Shown here piece after piece: positions 27,889 to 42,800 of a stretch of 64,000 nucleotides of DNA (its first letter is position 1; each line of letters starts with the position of its first letter). The position numbers were made by a program, and so were the translations under genes. Below the pieces are notes generated by a model. The model was not told the DNA's origin. It was given only the letters and a program-made list of their open reading frames with translations, and made no database searches. The stretch comes from Syncephalis fuscata S228 (taxonomy: Eukaryota > Fungi > Zoopagomycota), in contig JAHLTZ010000042.1 of the NCBI GenBank assembly GCA_025786725.1, forward strand, positions 62,001 through 126,000, in the 5' to 3' direction.

Positions 27889-30800
27889 TCAGTCCTCGAA
27901 CGAATATTCAAATGGCTCTGGTGGTGTCAAATCTTCATCGCTGGCATAAGCATCGGCATCATCTTCTGTGGGGCGCACGGCTGAGGCTATTATAGTTGTG
28001 GATAAGAGCGGAGTGAGCTGCTATACTCGATATAGTTACTTCAACTTACCGGTGGGGATATCCACGGATAGTAGCTCCTCTGGCTCGCCCGGACAAGTGT
28101 CGTGCATCATTAGAATACCGCCAAGTTTATTCTATGGCGTATAATCTAGTTTAGTCTATTGCTTTTCGTAATGTGTTTATTAGTACCTTTTTGACAGGAA
28201 GATAGCGGGAATTATCGTTGAAACTGACAAATCGCCATTGTGTTGGCAATACACGGGACATATTGACAAGTACTTCCGAATCGGCTTCATGTTTATCCTG
28301 TTCTACCGTCTATACAATACATTAATCATTTCCATTGATTTAATAGATAATAAACGTACCTTTTTCACCTCAGTGGATGGTCCTGCTTCATCGGCTTCTT
28401 TAATCTCATCCTATTTGCATCGATATTACGCTCGTTAGATCGCCATTTATTAATTGGCTATATTTCTACACGTACCACCTCCATAGATTGCTCTTCTGGA
28501 GCCTTTTCCTTTTCTTGCTTCTTGGCACGTGCTTTTGCCTTGGCTGTGGTGGATAATACTGCGGTAGCAACCTATTATCGTTTAGTATTTTATCGCCATT
28601 CTATACTATCACATTACCTTTTCTACAACATTTGCCGTAGGTGGCTTTATCTCAGGTGGATAGGCAAACAATGAAGCTTTAGCATTTGAAACAAAGTCGA
28701 ATTTAGGCATCTAATCAGCATGGTATTAGCTATATAGCCATGGCCTCTACTACTTGTACATTACCTGTAGATCCTTGTTCAAACCAATAAGTGCTGTTGG
28801 TGTCAAGGATAGACTCATAAAGTGCATCAATGGATACCAGTACCAAAACTGGGTGAAAATAGCTAGACCAACAACAGCTGGCATATTGATGTGACCAGAT
28901 TGAGATTGAAGTGAAATAGTTGTGTTACGGCCACCTAGCAAATAAAACGACAATAATCAGCTAATTAACAATTAAATGTGCAATGTACCCACCTGCATCG
29001 ATAATGCCCTGACCAAGCACTGCACCAAACTTAGCTACTGGATCCTGATGACGTTCGGAAATGATCTTTTCATACATTTTACGAATTCTAGCCGTCTAAT
29101 CAAACAATGGTAATAATGTTAAATACAATTAGTGATAATAAAAGCCATGATGGTTGATTATATACCTTTGGATTCATAGAATCATTTTGTTGCAATAGCA
29201 CCATAGCCAATGAAATCAGCGCACCTTGACGGACAAAATCGACCGAGTCCTTCGTCATAGGTTCCAGAATAGCAATGGCATCCTGTCAATGTACTAAGTA
29301 TCGTTTCGACTATTACAATCATAAATACTTACATTCATGCCTGTTCCAGCACAAGCAATGCCCAAGGCAAATGTAGCGCCATATCGAACGTGTGGATTAT
29401 AACTCTCAGACAACAATTGCACCAAACGTGGCACTTGCTCTGGTGTGCGGAACAAAATGAATCCAAGTGCAGTCACGGCAGCACGACGAACATCGTCGTT
29501 AACATCGCTGACGGCCATATGGAGCAATTGTCGGATGGCTTTGTTATTACCGGTGCCACAATAGGCCATGGCAATGGTGTAAACGGCACCATAACGTAAG
29601 ATCGTATCCTATACGCCAATTGTCATATATACCTTTAAATAATAAAATAAACCTACCTTATCACTCTTAAGCTGTTCAATTAAACTGTCAGCCTCTTCTT
29701 CTTTGCCAAACATCATCAACGCCACACCAATAGCAATACCACGGATGATCTTCTCGTGCTGTGTATCACGTGCATAATGCAGTAGCTCATCGATAACATG
29801 CTCTGATGCCGATCCCAACATGACTAGACCAATGGATAGACCGGCTGCTTCACCAGCTACGGCACTATCGGCAAATAGTACGGTTTTAATATCTTCGTAC
29901 AAAGCTAGAATAAATACATTTAGCGGACATTTTTGTATCATTACTCGTGTGTTAATTACCTTCATTGCCGGTGGCCATAGCCGCCACACCTAAGCCCAAA
30001 CAGGCACCATGCTGTACAACTTCTTCTTGGCTGTTACGTAGCGCATTTTGCAGATACTCAACAACATCTGTTCCGTGATTGGCATGAATAAGACCCAATG
30101 CATACAATGCACCACCCTCAGAATAGACACCAGTACTATTGGTGCCTTGTGGCAAATAAGGTGCCAATAAATTCAAACTTTCAGTTACATGTCCCTAAAT
30201 GTCTACAGTAAACATCCATGTTTATATATGCACTACTAAATAAACAATACCTTATGGATTACACCGAGACTTGCTGTAGCACTGAACTTGGACCAGTTAG
30301 ATGCACGGGATAGCCATTCAAGATTATCTCTAAGGAAACGATCACTGGTAGTACCGGCATTCATAAGAGCATTGGCGAATGTGACTGCAGTGTGGTACAT
30401 TGAACTACGTGAATCCAATGCATTCTAATATGCTATTAGTACAATGTTTTTTACTGTAGTCAGTTTCCTTATGTTTATTTACCTTTGTATTTTTCAAAAT
30501 AAGTAAATCGGTATGGTTATTGCGATAAAGACATTCTAAATACAATCTAATCGAAACACTACCCGATAGAATATTTAATAAATGTTCAAACCGAATGTTA
30601 TGCTCATCAGCGTCCTACATGACATTAATTAATAACCATTAATTGGTTAATTAACATAGCTTATTTACCTTGGAACGTGAATTTGACAATGTGGTCGATA
30701 CATTACGTAAATAATGCTGTGTTGCACTGCCAACCAAATCAAATGCAATTTGACAAGCAATCAAATAATCGTCCTACAATTATAGAATTAGTATGGCCAT

Positions 30801-31823
30801 TTATCATTATTACTATTACTATTATATATAGTAGTTTTAGTACCTCTGACTGACAAGCAAGTGTACTCAACATGGATGCACATGCATCGCTATCGCCTAA
30901 ATGCAACAAGCATTGACTGATCGAGATGTAGTCTGGCTCAGCTTGTTCATTGAATTTTCGTACTAATAGACCCAGCACCTAAATGACAATTACGATTAAT
31001 TAGAGCCTATCTATTGCTTATTTCATTGTTACTTACTGCATTACGGAACTCAACATTCTGAACCAATGTCATGCAAACTTCCAGTATATAAGGCAAAAGA
31101 TTTGGCGTATTTCCCTTCGTGATGGTTTCCTCTAAATAGTCGATATGCTGCGACTCTAATGCTACACCGATTGCCTGCTTATATTCACCTTCATCAAAGC
31201 AGCGTACAAACATGCGCTGAACAATATCTGCCAATCGCTGGTCCATTTCAGCATTGTTTGATCTTAGTTCAATGTATTTCTCGATCGCTTTCGCTATAGA
31301 TGCCTATTAGTCCGACCATTCTGAACATGGCTATACACATAATTAACTAACCAGTAAGTGTTTCGGTGTATTCTGTATTGGCAGCTGAATCAAATAGATC
31401 GCTTGCTCCCAAAGCAAAAGATAGCGACTCATCATACTCGCCGAGATAGTAATAGACCTTGGAGGCTACCAATGCAGCCAAAGCACGATGAGCAAATCCC
31501 TCATCTTCATGTAGTAGCTCGCTATAGATTACAGCCATCAATAGTTAGTATATGCTAAATAAGCGTCATCATCATTGCGATTGCCGTCATCGCTACCTAC
31601 ATTTTAGCAATATGATCGGCGATCTCTGACCAAAATAGATTGACGATACTATCGAGCTTTTGAAGTGCATATACCCGAAGTTCCGGCTCTCCATCGTCCA
31701 ACAAAGAAAGCACGCCTCCTAAATGAGCAATCAAAATAACACGCGCATATTGTCGGTCAGTTTAAGCGATCGTCGACAATCGAGATTGCCAATCTACTTA
31801 CCGGCAGATGTAATGGCGGCCAT
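27889..31823 (-). CDS. RPN2: 26S proteasome regulatory subunit Rpn2/PSMD1
   Basis: Motifs [37 protein letters not shown] repeats, [27 protein letters not shown] and C-terminal PPEPFEY. Confidence 0.97.
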
Positions 31824-32125
31824 AATCCGTTTACAAGATTTCAGACTTGGTACAAACAAATGAAACGATTGAAATAAGGTCGACAACAGCCGAAGACACG
31901 GTCTGTTGACGTTGGTGTTGGTGGTGGTAGTAGTTAATAGTGGTTAATTGGGGAGAGAGAAGATGAATAATAAACGACTATATTGCTTATTGTGTATTCT
32001 CGATGACGCATTCTAACACCCATCAGTATGTCATTAATGGGATTCGATTGTGATTGAGTCAAATCAAGCTTATAATTAAGCCATGACTTGAGGAAAAAAT
32101 GAAATAACCGCGTTACTTTCTCGTC

Positions 32126-34874
32126 ATGTCGGTCTATGGAATGAATTTACGACTATGGTCTCAGCGATCAATCTTGAACCATTATAGCGTTATTACAGCA
32201 ACGTCTTTAGTGGCAAAAAACCGGACTGGTCTTTTATATCAGTTGTTAAAAAGCGCATCGTCGAGACCTATAAGCTATGGCCGATATCTATCTACTCAAG
32301 CTAATACCGATGATACGGCATCAAATTCACTATCGCCACCATTAGGTAATATAAAACTATAATGATTATAAGGTAGACACTTAATAGAATAGATAGAACC
32401 AAATTATGCACGCCGAACACATAACTGTGGCCAATTGTGTATCAATCACGCATCTCAATCGGTGATTTTATGTGGATGGGTTGAGAGTGTAAGGCAAGTA
32501 CATTGAATTCATATAACACAGTTACATTTACCGTTATTTAGGAAAATATCAGATGGATTGGCATTTGTGCCATTGCACGATCGAGATGGAACTACACAAT
32601 TAGTATTTGAGACATCGAATGATTTGATGGAAAATTGGCCGGTTCTTCAAACATTGAGTGCACAGGATGTCATTTGTATAAAGGGACATGTACGGGCACG
32701 ACCAGAAAATACAGTTAAAAGGGTATAGTCAATTACCAAATTACTAACCTGTGTTAAATTGCTTATTTGATAATAGACACAATCAACAGGTGAAATTGAA
32801 GTAGTGGTCGAGACAATAGAACGACTTAATCAAGCTGTTCATCTGCCATTTTCACCGACTAGTAAAAAGCTGGTTAGTAATTACGAATAACAAATATAAT
32901 GCAAAGTACAACTAAATATGATATATAGCCATCTGAAGAGATTCGTCTTCGACATCGATATATCGATTTACGCCGTCGTACTTTACAAAATAACCTTCGA
33001 CGTCGTTCAGCGATTATTAATGCGGCACGCAATAAACTATTGGAACAAGGTTGGCTATTAATTATATTAACAAAACGCTATGCATTAATTTAACATAATT
33101 ATTATTGTAGGATTTCTTGAAGTGGAAACACCAATGCTATTTAAATCAACACCAGAAGGAGCTCGCGAGTACATTGTGCCTACTAGAAGTCCCGGTGAAT
33201 TCTTTGCCTTATCTCAAAGCCCACAACAGGTAAAAGTCTATAAAGTTTAATGTTGAATTAATCAATAATGAGCATGAATGTATTTAGTGTAAGCAAATGT
33301 TAATGGTAGCCGGCATTGATAAATACTTTCAAGTGGCCAAATGTTTCCGAGATGAAGATTTGCGGGCAGATAGGCAGCCTGAATTCACTCAAGTTAGTTG
33401 ATATAGATACTTTAATGAATATCGCTTACAGTAATGATGCTTAGTTGGATTTGGAGATGGCGTTTGTTACTAAAGAACAAGTAATGTCGTTAATTGAAGA
33501 TGTTGTACAAGCCATGTGGCAGTCTATCCATTCAGACAAATTGCAATTTCGACATATGACATTTGAACAGGCATTAAACCAAGTAGGTTGACTGCAATTA
33601 GTACTGTACTAATATACTAAACTATCAACTAGTATGGCAGCGATAAACCAGATACCCGCTATGATATGTTGGCAAGTATTTATTAATACAAGTTAGTAAA
33701 GTACATTAACTAAATATACAAATAGATTCAGCAAGTACCATCAGCACAAGAAGGCATGATAACTGACTGGCTATGCATTAAACAAGGAACACAGCTACCT
33801 CCTAAAGTATTAGCTGCTGTACGTGCTTCATGTAATCTAAATAGCCACACCAAGGTAATACCAATAAATAGTCATATTCTACGTATAAATAACTGCATTT
33901 ATACAGGGCTTTAAGTGGATTCGTGTATCAAAAGATAATATTGATTCTGTATTGGATCAATATCGTCCATATATCAGCGATGATTCGCCTGCTATAGGCG
34001 ATCTTGTTGTACTTCATCATCGTCCACTAGCTATTACAGTAAGTTACAGCGCTAGATATAATCAGCTAATAATGTGTACTATACAGGGAGACTCTACTAC
34101 TATGGGCCATCTTAGAATTCATGCAGCCCAAGCACTTCAACAACAAGGTAATAATCATCATTATTAGTGTCACTAATACAGTTTATTAATAAATGAATGA
34201 AAATATAGGACTATTAACTATTGATCCACAACGATATGATTTTCTATGGGTGACTGATTTCCCGCTATTTACACTTGACTCAGAAAGTACACGCTTACAA
34301 TCGACACATCATCCATTCACGGCGCCAATTGAGCATGATGTGCCATTACTCTACACTGAACCGGATAAAGTGAGTATACTATACCATTTGAATAGCTATG
34401 AATAACACAGTATAGGTACATGGACAGCATTATGATTTAGTGTTAAATGGCATGGAAGTAGGTGGTGGGTCGATCCGTGTTCATCAACCAGATAGACAGC
34501 AATATATAATGAAAAATATTCTAAAAGTAAGCTTATAAATTAGATAATAGTAATAGTAATGGTAACAATTTATTTAGCTTAATGATGTGGAATTTGACCG
34601 ATTTGGACACTTGCTTAATGCACTTGGTTCAGGCTGTCCACCTCATGGCGGATTTGCCATTGGTAAGATAATAAGAATACTTTATACATACATTTACTTA
34701 TTGAATTTAGGTCTTGATCGTATTGTATCAATTCTGTGTAATGCATCGTCTATTCGCGATGTCATTGCATTCCCTAAATCGGCCGGTGGCAAAGATTTGA
34801 CTGTTGGCTGTCCATCTGCTGTAGATACAGCTCAGTTGGAGCAAGTTGGTTTAAAATTACATCAAACAAATTAG
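32126..34874 (+). CDS. MSD1: Aspartyl-tRNA synthetase, mitochondrial
   Basis: Presequence-like N-terminus. Motifs [69 protein letters not shown] and IRDVIAFPK. Confidence 0.94.
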
Positions 34875-35098
34875 ATACTCAATAGGTCAATTCTATTACC
34901 TTTTGAAATTAGCTCAATAAATCAAATATTTAATACATGTCACACTACTATACGCATCACAAACTATTATTATTATTTATTATAAAACATAGATTTACAT
35001 AATTAATTAAAACAATTATACAAGTATTAACAATTTTATTGATGCTGCATTACTAACACCGTTATAATAAAACTATTGCTAGCCAGCCTTAGTCGCAT

Positions 35099-36323
35099 TT
35101 ATTCCTTAATAAAAAGCTGCGACATGTCTAGCTGCTTTTGTTCATTTCTCCAAATAGTGCCCTGTTCAGTAATAACGCCATATATTAATGAGGCGGGTGT
35201 GACATCGAATGCTGGGTGCCATACGTTGATGCCTGGAGCTGCTACTCGTACTGTATGCAAAATTGGCTTGCCTTGTTCATCTACAGCCAGCGATTGCTCA
35301 TCCGTCAAAGAGGCACCGCGTATATCAGTCAATTCGCGAGCAGATCGCTCTTCAATATGAATGTCTTGACCGCTGCTTAGCTTCATATCAATCGATGTAG
35401 TAGGGCGGCGACAAAAAATGGCACACCATGGTGTGCAGCCAATACGGCTAACTGATAAGTACCAATCTTATTGGCCGTGTCACCATTAGCGGCTACTCGA
35501 TCGGCACCCACAACTACTGCATCAACGCGGCCAGCCTGCATTAATGCACCTACCATCGCATCACCAATAAGTGTGGATGGGATATTTTCATGAACAAGTT
35601 CGTAGGCCGTTAAGCGTGCGCCCTGTGCATAGGGACGCGTTTCTGTGCAATAAGCATGGGATAGCTTATTATCAGCATGTAGCTGGCGAATAATGCCCAA
35701 TGCAGTGCCAAAGCCAGCTGTGGCCAATGCACCAGTATTACAATGAGTCAACACAGAAATAGTATTAACTGTGTTACTGGTGATACTGTTTTTGCGACAG
35801 GACTCAAGCAGTGCTGCTGCTCCGTGCTGGCCAACTTGTTTATTATCAGCCAAGTCGTCCGCTAGCATTTTTTCCGCTAGCATCAGATATTCCTCCACTG
35901 TTTCCTGTACATTGTGGGTAGTTGCCATGGCATTGATATGCCGGGTAAGTATATCGGATGCACGAAATAGATTAACGGCTGTTGGGCGTGAAGTACGCAA
36001 ATAGTCAAATGAAGTTTGAACAAACTTTGAGACGTCACTAGCTTGCTGCCATTCGCCGGCCAAATACCGTTTTTGCAGTTCTACCGCTACTGAAAGCGCG
36101 GCGACAATAGCAATAGCTGGCGCGCCACGGACCTACTCACGATTATTACTCAAGCTTTAGCTGCCGGTCCAATACTTGCCTTCATTTGCTGAATAGCCGC
36201 ATGGCCATCATTCACGCCACTTATCACCTCATAGATACTTTGATAAGGTAGCAGCAGCTGATCCAGTATTTCTAGACCTTCAGCACGCTTATAGCGAATT
36301 GCTTCAAGCGAATTATTTGACAT
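35099..36323 (-). CDS. MRI1: Methylthioribose-1-phosphate isomerase
   Basis: Motifs [65 protein letters not shown] and PAFDVTP. One GC-AG intron and an apparent 1-nt deletion near 35403. Confidence 0.95.
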
Positions 36324-36675
36324 GGTAAAAGAGAAACACAAAAGTACGAGTTGCTGTGCTGTAACGCAGCTGTCGTTGGAAATTTACACTCAATGAAATT
36401 GTATGTCAGCAATATTTCTCAATCATATTTTCACATTTATGTTAAAAATGTTGTAACACTAGCAGTAATGCTTGGCTTATCAGAGTAGCAGCATCAATCG
36501 CGTCAATATATTGATGTTGACGTGATCACTATTACTAACAATATCAATAAAAATCTTTAGTATTATTCATATTCCACTTTTACGGTAAATATTATTCTAT
36601 AAAATAAAGTATTTAGTATTTAATCTACGTCTTTGTACTATTCCTATTTTAACTATGCAATTAAATTTATTACTA

Positions 36676-39600
36676 TAAACGTTTATTCTCTTTTATTATG
36701 CACGTATTCATTAATATAAAATACAATAATTTAATTGTATATTATGACATGTATCACTTATTATTTCACTTTAATTGTAATTTAATATTAATGCCAAAAT
36801 CTATTAGTTATTGCTTATGAAGAATAATTGAGCTACACTTTTAGGCCAAATTCATGAATAGCAGTATTAATCTATGCTTATTGTTGTTGAAATAAATTGC
36901 AATTGATAATCCAGTTTATTCGTTAATTGCACAATTAACTGCGAGGTAGATCAACAGCTTGTTCTGCTACAGCATAGGTCCAAATAGCCAATGCAGCAGC
37001 ATTTTTGGCCAATTGTTCTGGTTTCAAAAATGACATCTGATCACCATGGCTATAGTCAATATAGTTAATTAACAGATAAACAATAAACAATTTAAATAAC
37101 TACCTATGATGAACATTAAAGTAGCCATAGTTGATTCCTGGAGCTTCTCCGGTAATTGGATCGCGCGATAGTAAGCCAGCACAAGGCACACCGGCATTGC
37201 AAAGCGGTGCAATATCGGCACCTGTATCGCCCGCTATTAATTCATATACAACCATGTCAATGTTTATTGGTAAAAGTAGGTATCAACTTACACACGACAT
37301 CGACATCACCGGCAAACTGCCCAACTTTAGGCTTTTGATATTTTTCACCAATTGATTTCAAAATATTAGCTGCATTATTGCTTCCTGAAAATATTATACC
37401 AGCTGGTTCAAAGTTGCCAAGATCAGTCTCAAGTGCCATAACATGGTTATTTAATTCTTTGGCATGAGCAGCCGCATAACCATTTCCACCAGCATTTCCT
37501 TGCTCTTCGTCGACCCATAAAACAAGTCGTACTACAAATAACATTAGTAGATAAAACAAAAGTAGACTATTACTTACCGGTACGCTTAGGTCGTTGAGGC
37601 AAGCGAGCAATAGCCCGTAATGCTTCCCAGCTAGTGAAAGCGCCAGCACCATCATCAACAGCACCGACTCCAATATCCCATCTAGATTATGCAATAAATA
37701 AACATTTTTAATGTTCCATCATATTGCTACTTACGAATCAATATGTCCACCCAGTAAAACAATTTTTTCAGGCGATTCACGGCCTTTTACGTCAACCACA
37801 ATGTTGTAGCCATCATACTCTTTGGGATCAAGATGCGATTCGGTATAAAAAAACAATCGAGGCACTTTATACTTAGCGGGATCTTTTATAGCACGATTAT
37901 ACAAAGTTTCAAAATTGCGTGCATCACTTCGTGTAATAGCTGCAATTGGTATCGATGCTGGCAGAGTCAATCCGGTATGCAAAGTATCACTTGACGATTC
38001 AGGCGTAACTGAGGCAATGATTACGGCCACTGCACCGTATTTGGCCGCTTCTTGAGCGCCCATCATACGATAAATAGCAGTGGCACCGTAGCCTTGCCAT
38101 GGTTCGACAAAAAGTACAATTTTACCGCGGATTCTTTGCTGGCCCAGCTTAGACAACTCAGCGAAGTTACGCACAACAACAATATCAGCTACAATGCCGT
38201 TAGGTGAGGTAGCAGCCGATCTGCCTAGTGTGGTCAGCTTAATATCACGCTGACCCTTTGGCGCTCCTTCAACATTGACATGCACAAGATATTCACGTCC
38301 TCGAGTCCAATGCTTGACCTTGACTCCCTCGAGCGTTGGGCTAAGGCCATCGGCTTTCATTTGGTCCACAATCCACTTTGTTGACTAGCAATTATCGGTA
38401 TTCATTTAGTTGACTATAAGCAATTTGCACGCCACTTACATCCGCCAATCCTTTCGAGCCAGTAAGACGTGAGCCAAACTTTGATGTCATTTCATTCAAT
38501 CGATCCCATACAACACTGTTCTAATATGTAAGTGTGGAAATTACAACAGTATAAATGCTTACCGATTATTAAGTGTAAGACTGGTTAGCTGCTGGATGTT
38601 TGCATCGACATTAACAGCTGCGTCAGCCTCGCTTGTTTCTCGTTTCTCCAATGAAGCAGCATTGACCATCAATGCTGAGATAAGTAGAAGATATAACGAC
38701 TTCATAGTTAGCAGTATAAATAGAGAAAACAAGATAATTACGGATAGATAGCAGATGGTTTTATGGCAATAAATATATATTTAAAATGGTACTATTTGCC
38801 TGAGTTGGACAAACACGAGTGTACCAAAAGCATTATTAGCAATGCAAGGAAGGCGGAATAACCGGAAAGCAAATGGCGTGCACCTATTGCAAAATGGCTT
38901 AATCTGGTAGTGCGTAATCGCATTGTCCAAATTTAATATCCGTATATACATTTTGTATATTATTATTCAAATAGTGACCACCCGTATACCATTAACTAAT
39001 TATATCAATTAGACTTATGGTTTTATTAATTAAATTGGTATTTTATTGTATAAAAATAAAGTCTGCACCAAAGATAAGGCGAGCAACGGTATGGATAATC
39101 AGTAGCTATAGCTATGTATAAACTATTTGCATCAAAATAACCTATTTTGTTTTATGCATTATAGGCCGCAGAGGATGGATTTGGAACGTACAAGTATTGA
39201 AGACTTTTTTCATGTAAATGCACGGCTAAAGTTTTCGATACTTGCACTTTCCTTTTAAATTCCTGATTTATTTTTAGTAAACGCAATGGTATTAAAAAAG
39301 ATATAATATTGTTATTTCTGCCTTTATTACAACTAACATCGTAATTACAGTAGCAGCTGATAACAAATTAGATGGATTTGTCGTACAGCTGTTAGTATTT
39401 ATTATCAAAATTGCTATCAAGGCCAATAGCAATTACATAGTTTCAGACAGCCGATGGCCTAATAAACTTCAGACTAGTAATTAATGGTAAACAGGACTTG
39501 AAATCATGCACCACTAATAAAGCATATACTTTTACTACCATCAAATCAAACTTTGTCATTTTAAGCAATGTTTAGTTAGTTCAAATAACAACGAATGGAT

Positions 39601-39693
39601 ATTAATACAAAACACTTTCTATTCATATTTATATTAATAAACTGATTATTTACTATAATTTTCATCACAATTTTATTCACTTTGATTATAATT
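36676..39693 (-). repeat. Right arm of ~3.0-kb inverted repeat
   Basis: Reverse complement of ~20134-23152. Confidence 0.95.
36935..38705 (-). CDS. Secreted M28 metallopeptidase, copy 2 (frame intact)
   Basis: Same exon-intron structure as copy 1, with all Zn-ligand motifs present. Confidence 0.92.
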
Positions 39694-39899
39694 CAACATA
39701 ATAGCTGTATTAATAGGTTGATTAGTAGAGATTATTACACAATTCAAATAATCAAATGGCTAACTCAAATGCCTTTATATAAATCACGATATCATTCAAC
39801 AGTGTAAAATAAAAGAGAAAAGCACAAGAGAATTCGTATGAATATTCTACGATTATTTCTAAACAAGAGAAAAGGAATGTGTAAAGGAATAAGGGTCAA

Positions 39900-42800
39900 T
39901 TAACGACGGTATGACGTATGATGGTGTTGTTGTTGTTGATTGTTATTACTATGTCCACGATGATGATGACCACCACCTCTACCACCTCGATAATAACCGC
40001 CTCTACCGCCTCTACCACCGCCTCTACCACCACCACCACCACCGCCTCTACCATCACCGCCACTGCCACCACCTCGAGATGAATCAAATCCAAAGTATGG
40101 ATTATTCATTGGTGCAGACTGTTGCATTGAATTCGAGGATGTTTGGGCATAATTAGGCAATGTTTGTCCATAGAAATTAGAATGACTATTACTATTAGAA
40201 TTGGGATTATTGCTAATATTGTTATCATTATTGATGCCGTTATTATTGTTATTACTATTATTATTATTGTTATAATAACCATAAGATGGCTGTTGCCATT
40301 GCGTAGTCGATGGCATCGAAGGCTGTGCCGTTGACGGTGCTTGATTATAAGCGTTATATCCAGTATTCATATTCGTATTATGACCATGGTTATATCCATT
40401 ATAAGATGGCGCTTGATGAGTAGAATAGGACATGGCAGCATAATTACCGGCATTGTTGTTATTAGCATTATTGTTATTATAATTCTGATATTGGTTATTG
40501 CTGCTAATTGTATAAAAAGATTAGTAATAAAATTTAGCTATTTAAGTAATTTTACTTACTAATAGTTATTACCGCCGGCATTATTCATATTCTTGTTATT
40601 GTTATAACCATTGTTATTGTTATTATAATTACTGTTATGGTGACTATGACTATTGTTAGTGTTATTATAGCCACCTCGATTATAGTTGGAACGAGGACGA
40701 GAATATGGATTATTATGACTATTGCCATGGTGTTGATGTTGATTATAGCCATGACCACCTCGATAGCCACCACCACCACGTCCACGTCCACGACCTCGTT
40801 GAGATGCACCACTTGTGACAAATTCAATATCATCTCGACTTAGTGCTTTTGGATCGAATTTGACATTATTCAACAATTTGGCCTTGTATCTTTGACCAGC
40901 TGGCAATTCAATCATATTGTAGGCCACGCTATATAGTAAACAGGTATCATTAGTATAGATATCATTAGTATAGATATCATTGATACTTACGCCAATGCTC
41001 GGTTATTTAATAGATCAGGATAGCCATGCTTTATTAATGGAGATGGAAATGTTGTTTCAGGAATAAATTCCTTTTCACGTGATACCATGCCATTCATGTG
41101 TAAGCTTAATTTTGTATCAATAACAATTGCCTTAACATATGAATAAGTAATTTGTTATTATGTTATATATAATTCTACTTACTTCATCATTGTTTTTTGT
41201 GTAAAGTGCACACAATTGATCATACAATTTATTACGCTTGCCAATCATTAACCAATCTTGACCTGGTGTATTACGTAACTGCTCTTCTTCTGATAGTAGT
41301 GGATAAATAGGTTCCATTGCTTTTAATAAACGAGATTCCTCAATAAATGGCAATAGAATAATAGCTATTTATATCAATTATATTAGTTTCTTTTCTATAT
41401 ATATATATATTAATTAATTAATTACCTTGCCATAAATGCTTCTTGCCATTCATATCAAGATCAAAGTCAACTGGATAGAAATCAATAATTTCTGATTCAG
41501 GATTCGTCATTAAATGATGGAATGCATTTGGAATATGTGATCTACTGGCTGCAGGTAATACGCCCATTAGCTGTTCAACAGGTCGGAAAGGTGTGCCCAA
41601 TTCAAATTGAATGTCAAACGATTCAACATTAACAAAATCGGAGGCAAATGGCGCATAATGATATGGATAGTACCATTTCCACGATGGACAACCTTGATAA
41701 TAATAGCGCAGTACCCAACAAAGGCCTTCGACGTATTTGAAAACAATTTCACGACGGAAAGTCTCGTCCGATAATTCAACACCGAATTTCTGTCGATAGT
41801 AGCGTTCCTTGAATCCAGTCTCCCACATACGTACATCGTCTACTGGTTCGGCATCGCTATCCTCGTCAGCGGCCACGGTGACTGTTGCGCCTGGTGTAGC
41901 AATACCGACTGCTTCTGGCTCCGGTGAGGATTCCATTTTACGTTTCTCGCCTACATGTGGACTATGTGATACGGCCATAGTGCTATCCTCTTGATTAGTC
42001 TGCTCTTCCGCATTATGCTCGGTGGGTGTGGCTGTATCAGCTTCAGTTGCGGGTGTTTGATCAGCATTTAATGCAGCTTTTAGTTTTTGTGCAGCACTTT
42101 GATTATCAAATGGTGCAGGTCCATTACGGAAAGCATTGGCTTGTGGGTTTTGCATATTGGTTGCAAATAGTGGCATTTCACCAGTGGGTGTTGGATCTGA
42201 CGTCATATTACGTGGTGTATTATTACGACTTTGTACTTTACGACGTTTTGCAGCCAACATACGACGTTCTTCACCTATATATTATGAATATTAATATTAT
42301 AAACATTAATACACCATTTATTGTTAGCAATTAATAACTTACGTTCTCGCCGGTCTCGGAATGTTTTATCTTCAATCTTGCCCAATTCCGTAAGTAAATA
42401 TTGGGCACGTGCCAAATTGATCTATTAATTTAGTAAATATTAGATGTGTTGTATTCATAGCCGTTTTACTTACAAATCCATCTTCAGTTACATAACCGCC
42501 CATCAATGGCAGAACTCGCTTCCAAATGGCCACCAAGGCATCCAATGCACCTTCTCGAATCTCCAATGACGGTAAATGTGGCAAGAAATCGTTACCCACA
42601 AAAAAGCATATAAATACCCAGTCATCAATAGCTCGTTCAAAATCGTATGGAAATCCTGCCCCTTCACGTTTTAACTCAATTTCCAAATATTCACGAAGAA
42701 TATTAACGTGTAAAAATATAAATGGCTTATCCATTTCAACTCCACTGTTGCTATTCTTGATATTCTCCTGTTTGTCTGCCGGTGATCCTATTCATATTGT

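Noticed and set aside
20134-39693. Composite transposon or giant TIR element
   Set aside because: The arms are a host-type intron-containing gene. No transposase, recombinase or target-site duplication was seen, and the cargo is core housekeeping genes.
39896-40843. Multiple overlapping ORFs rich in V/I/H/T
   Set aside because: These are alternative-frame or antisense shadows of the trinucleotide-rich Xrn2 tail.
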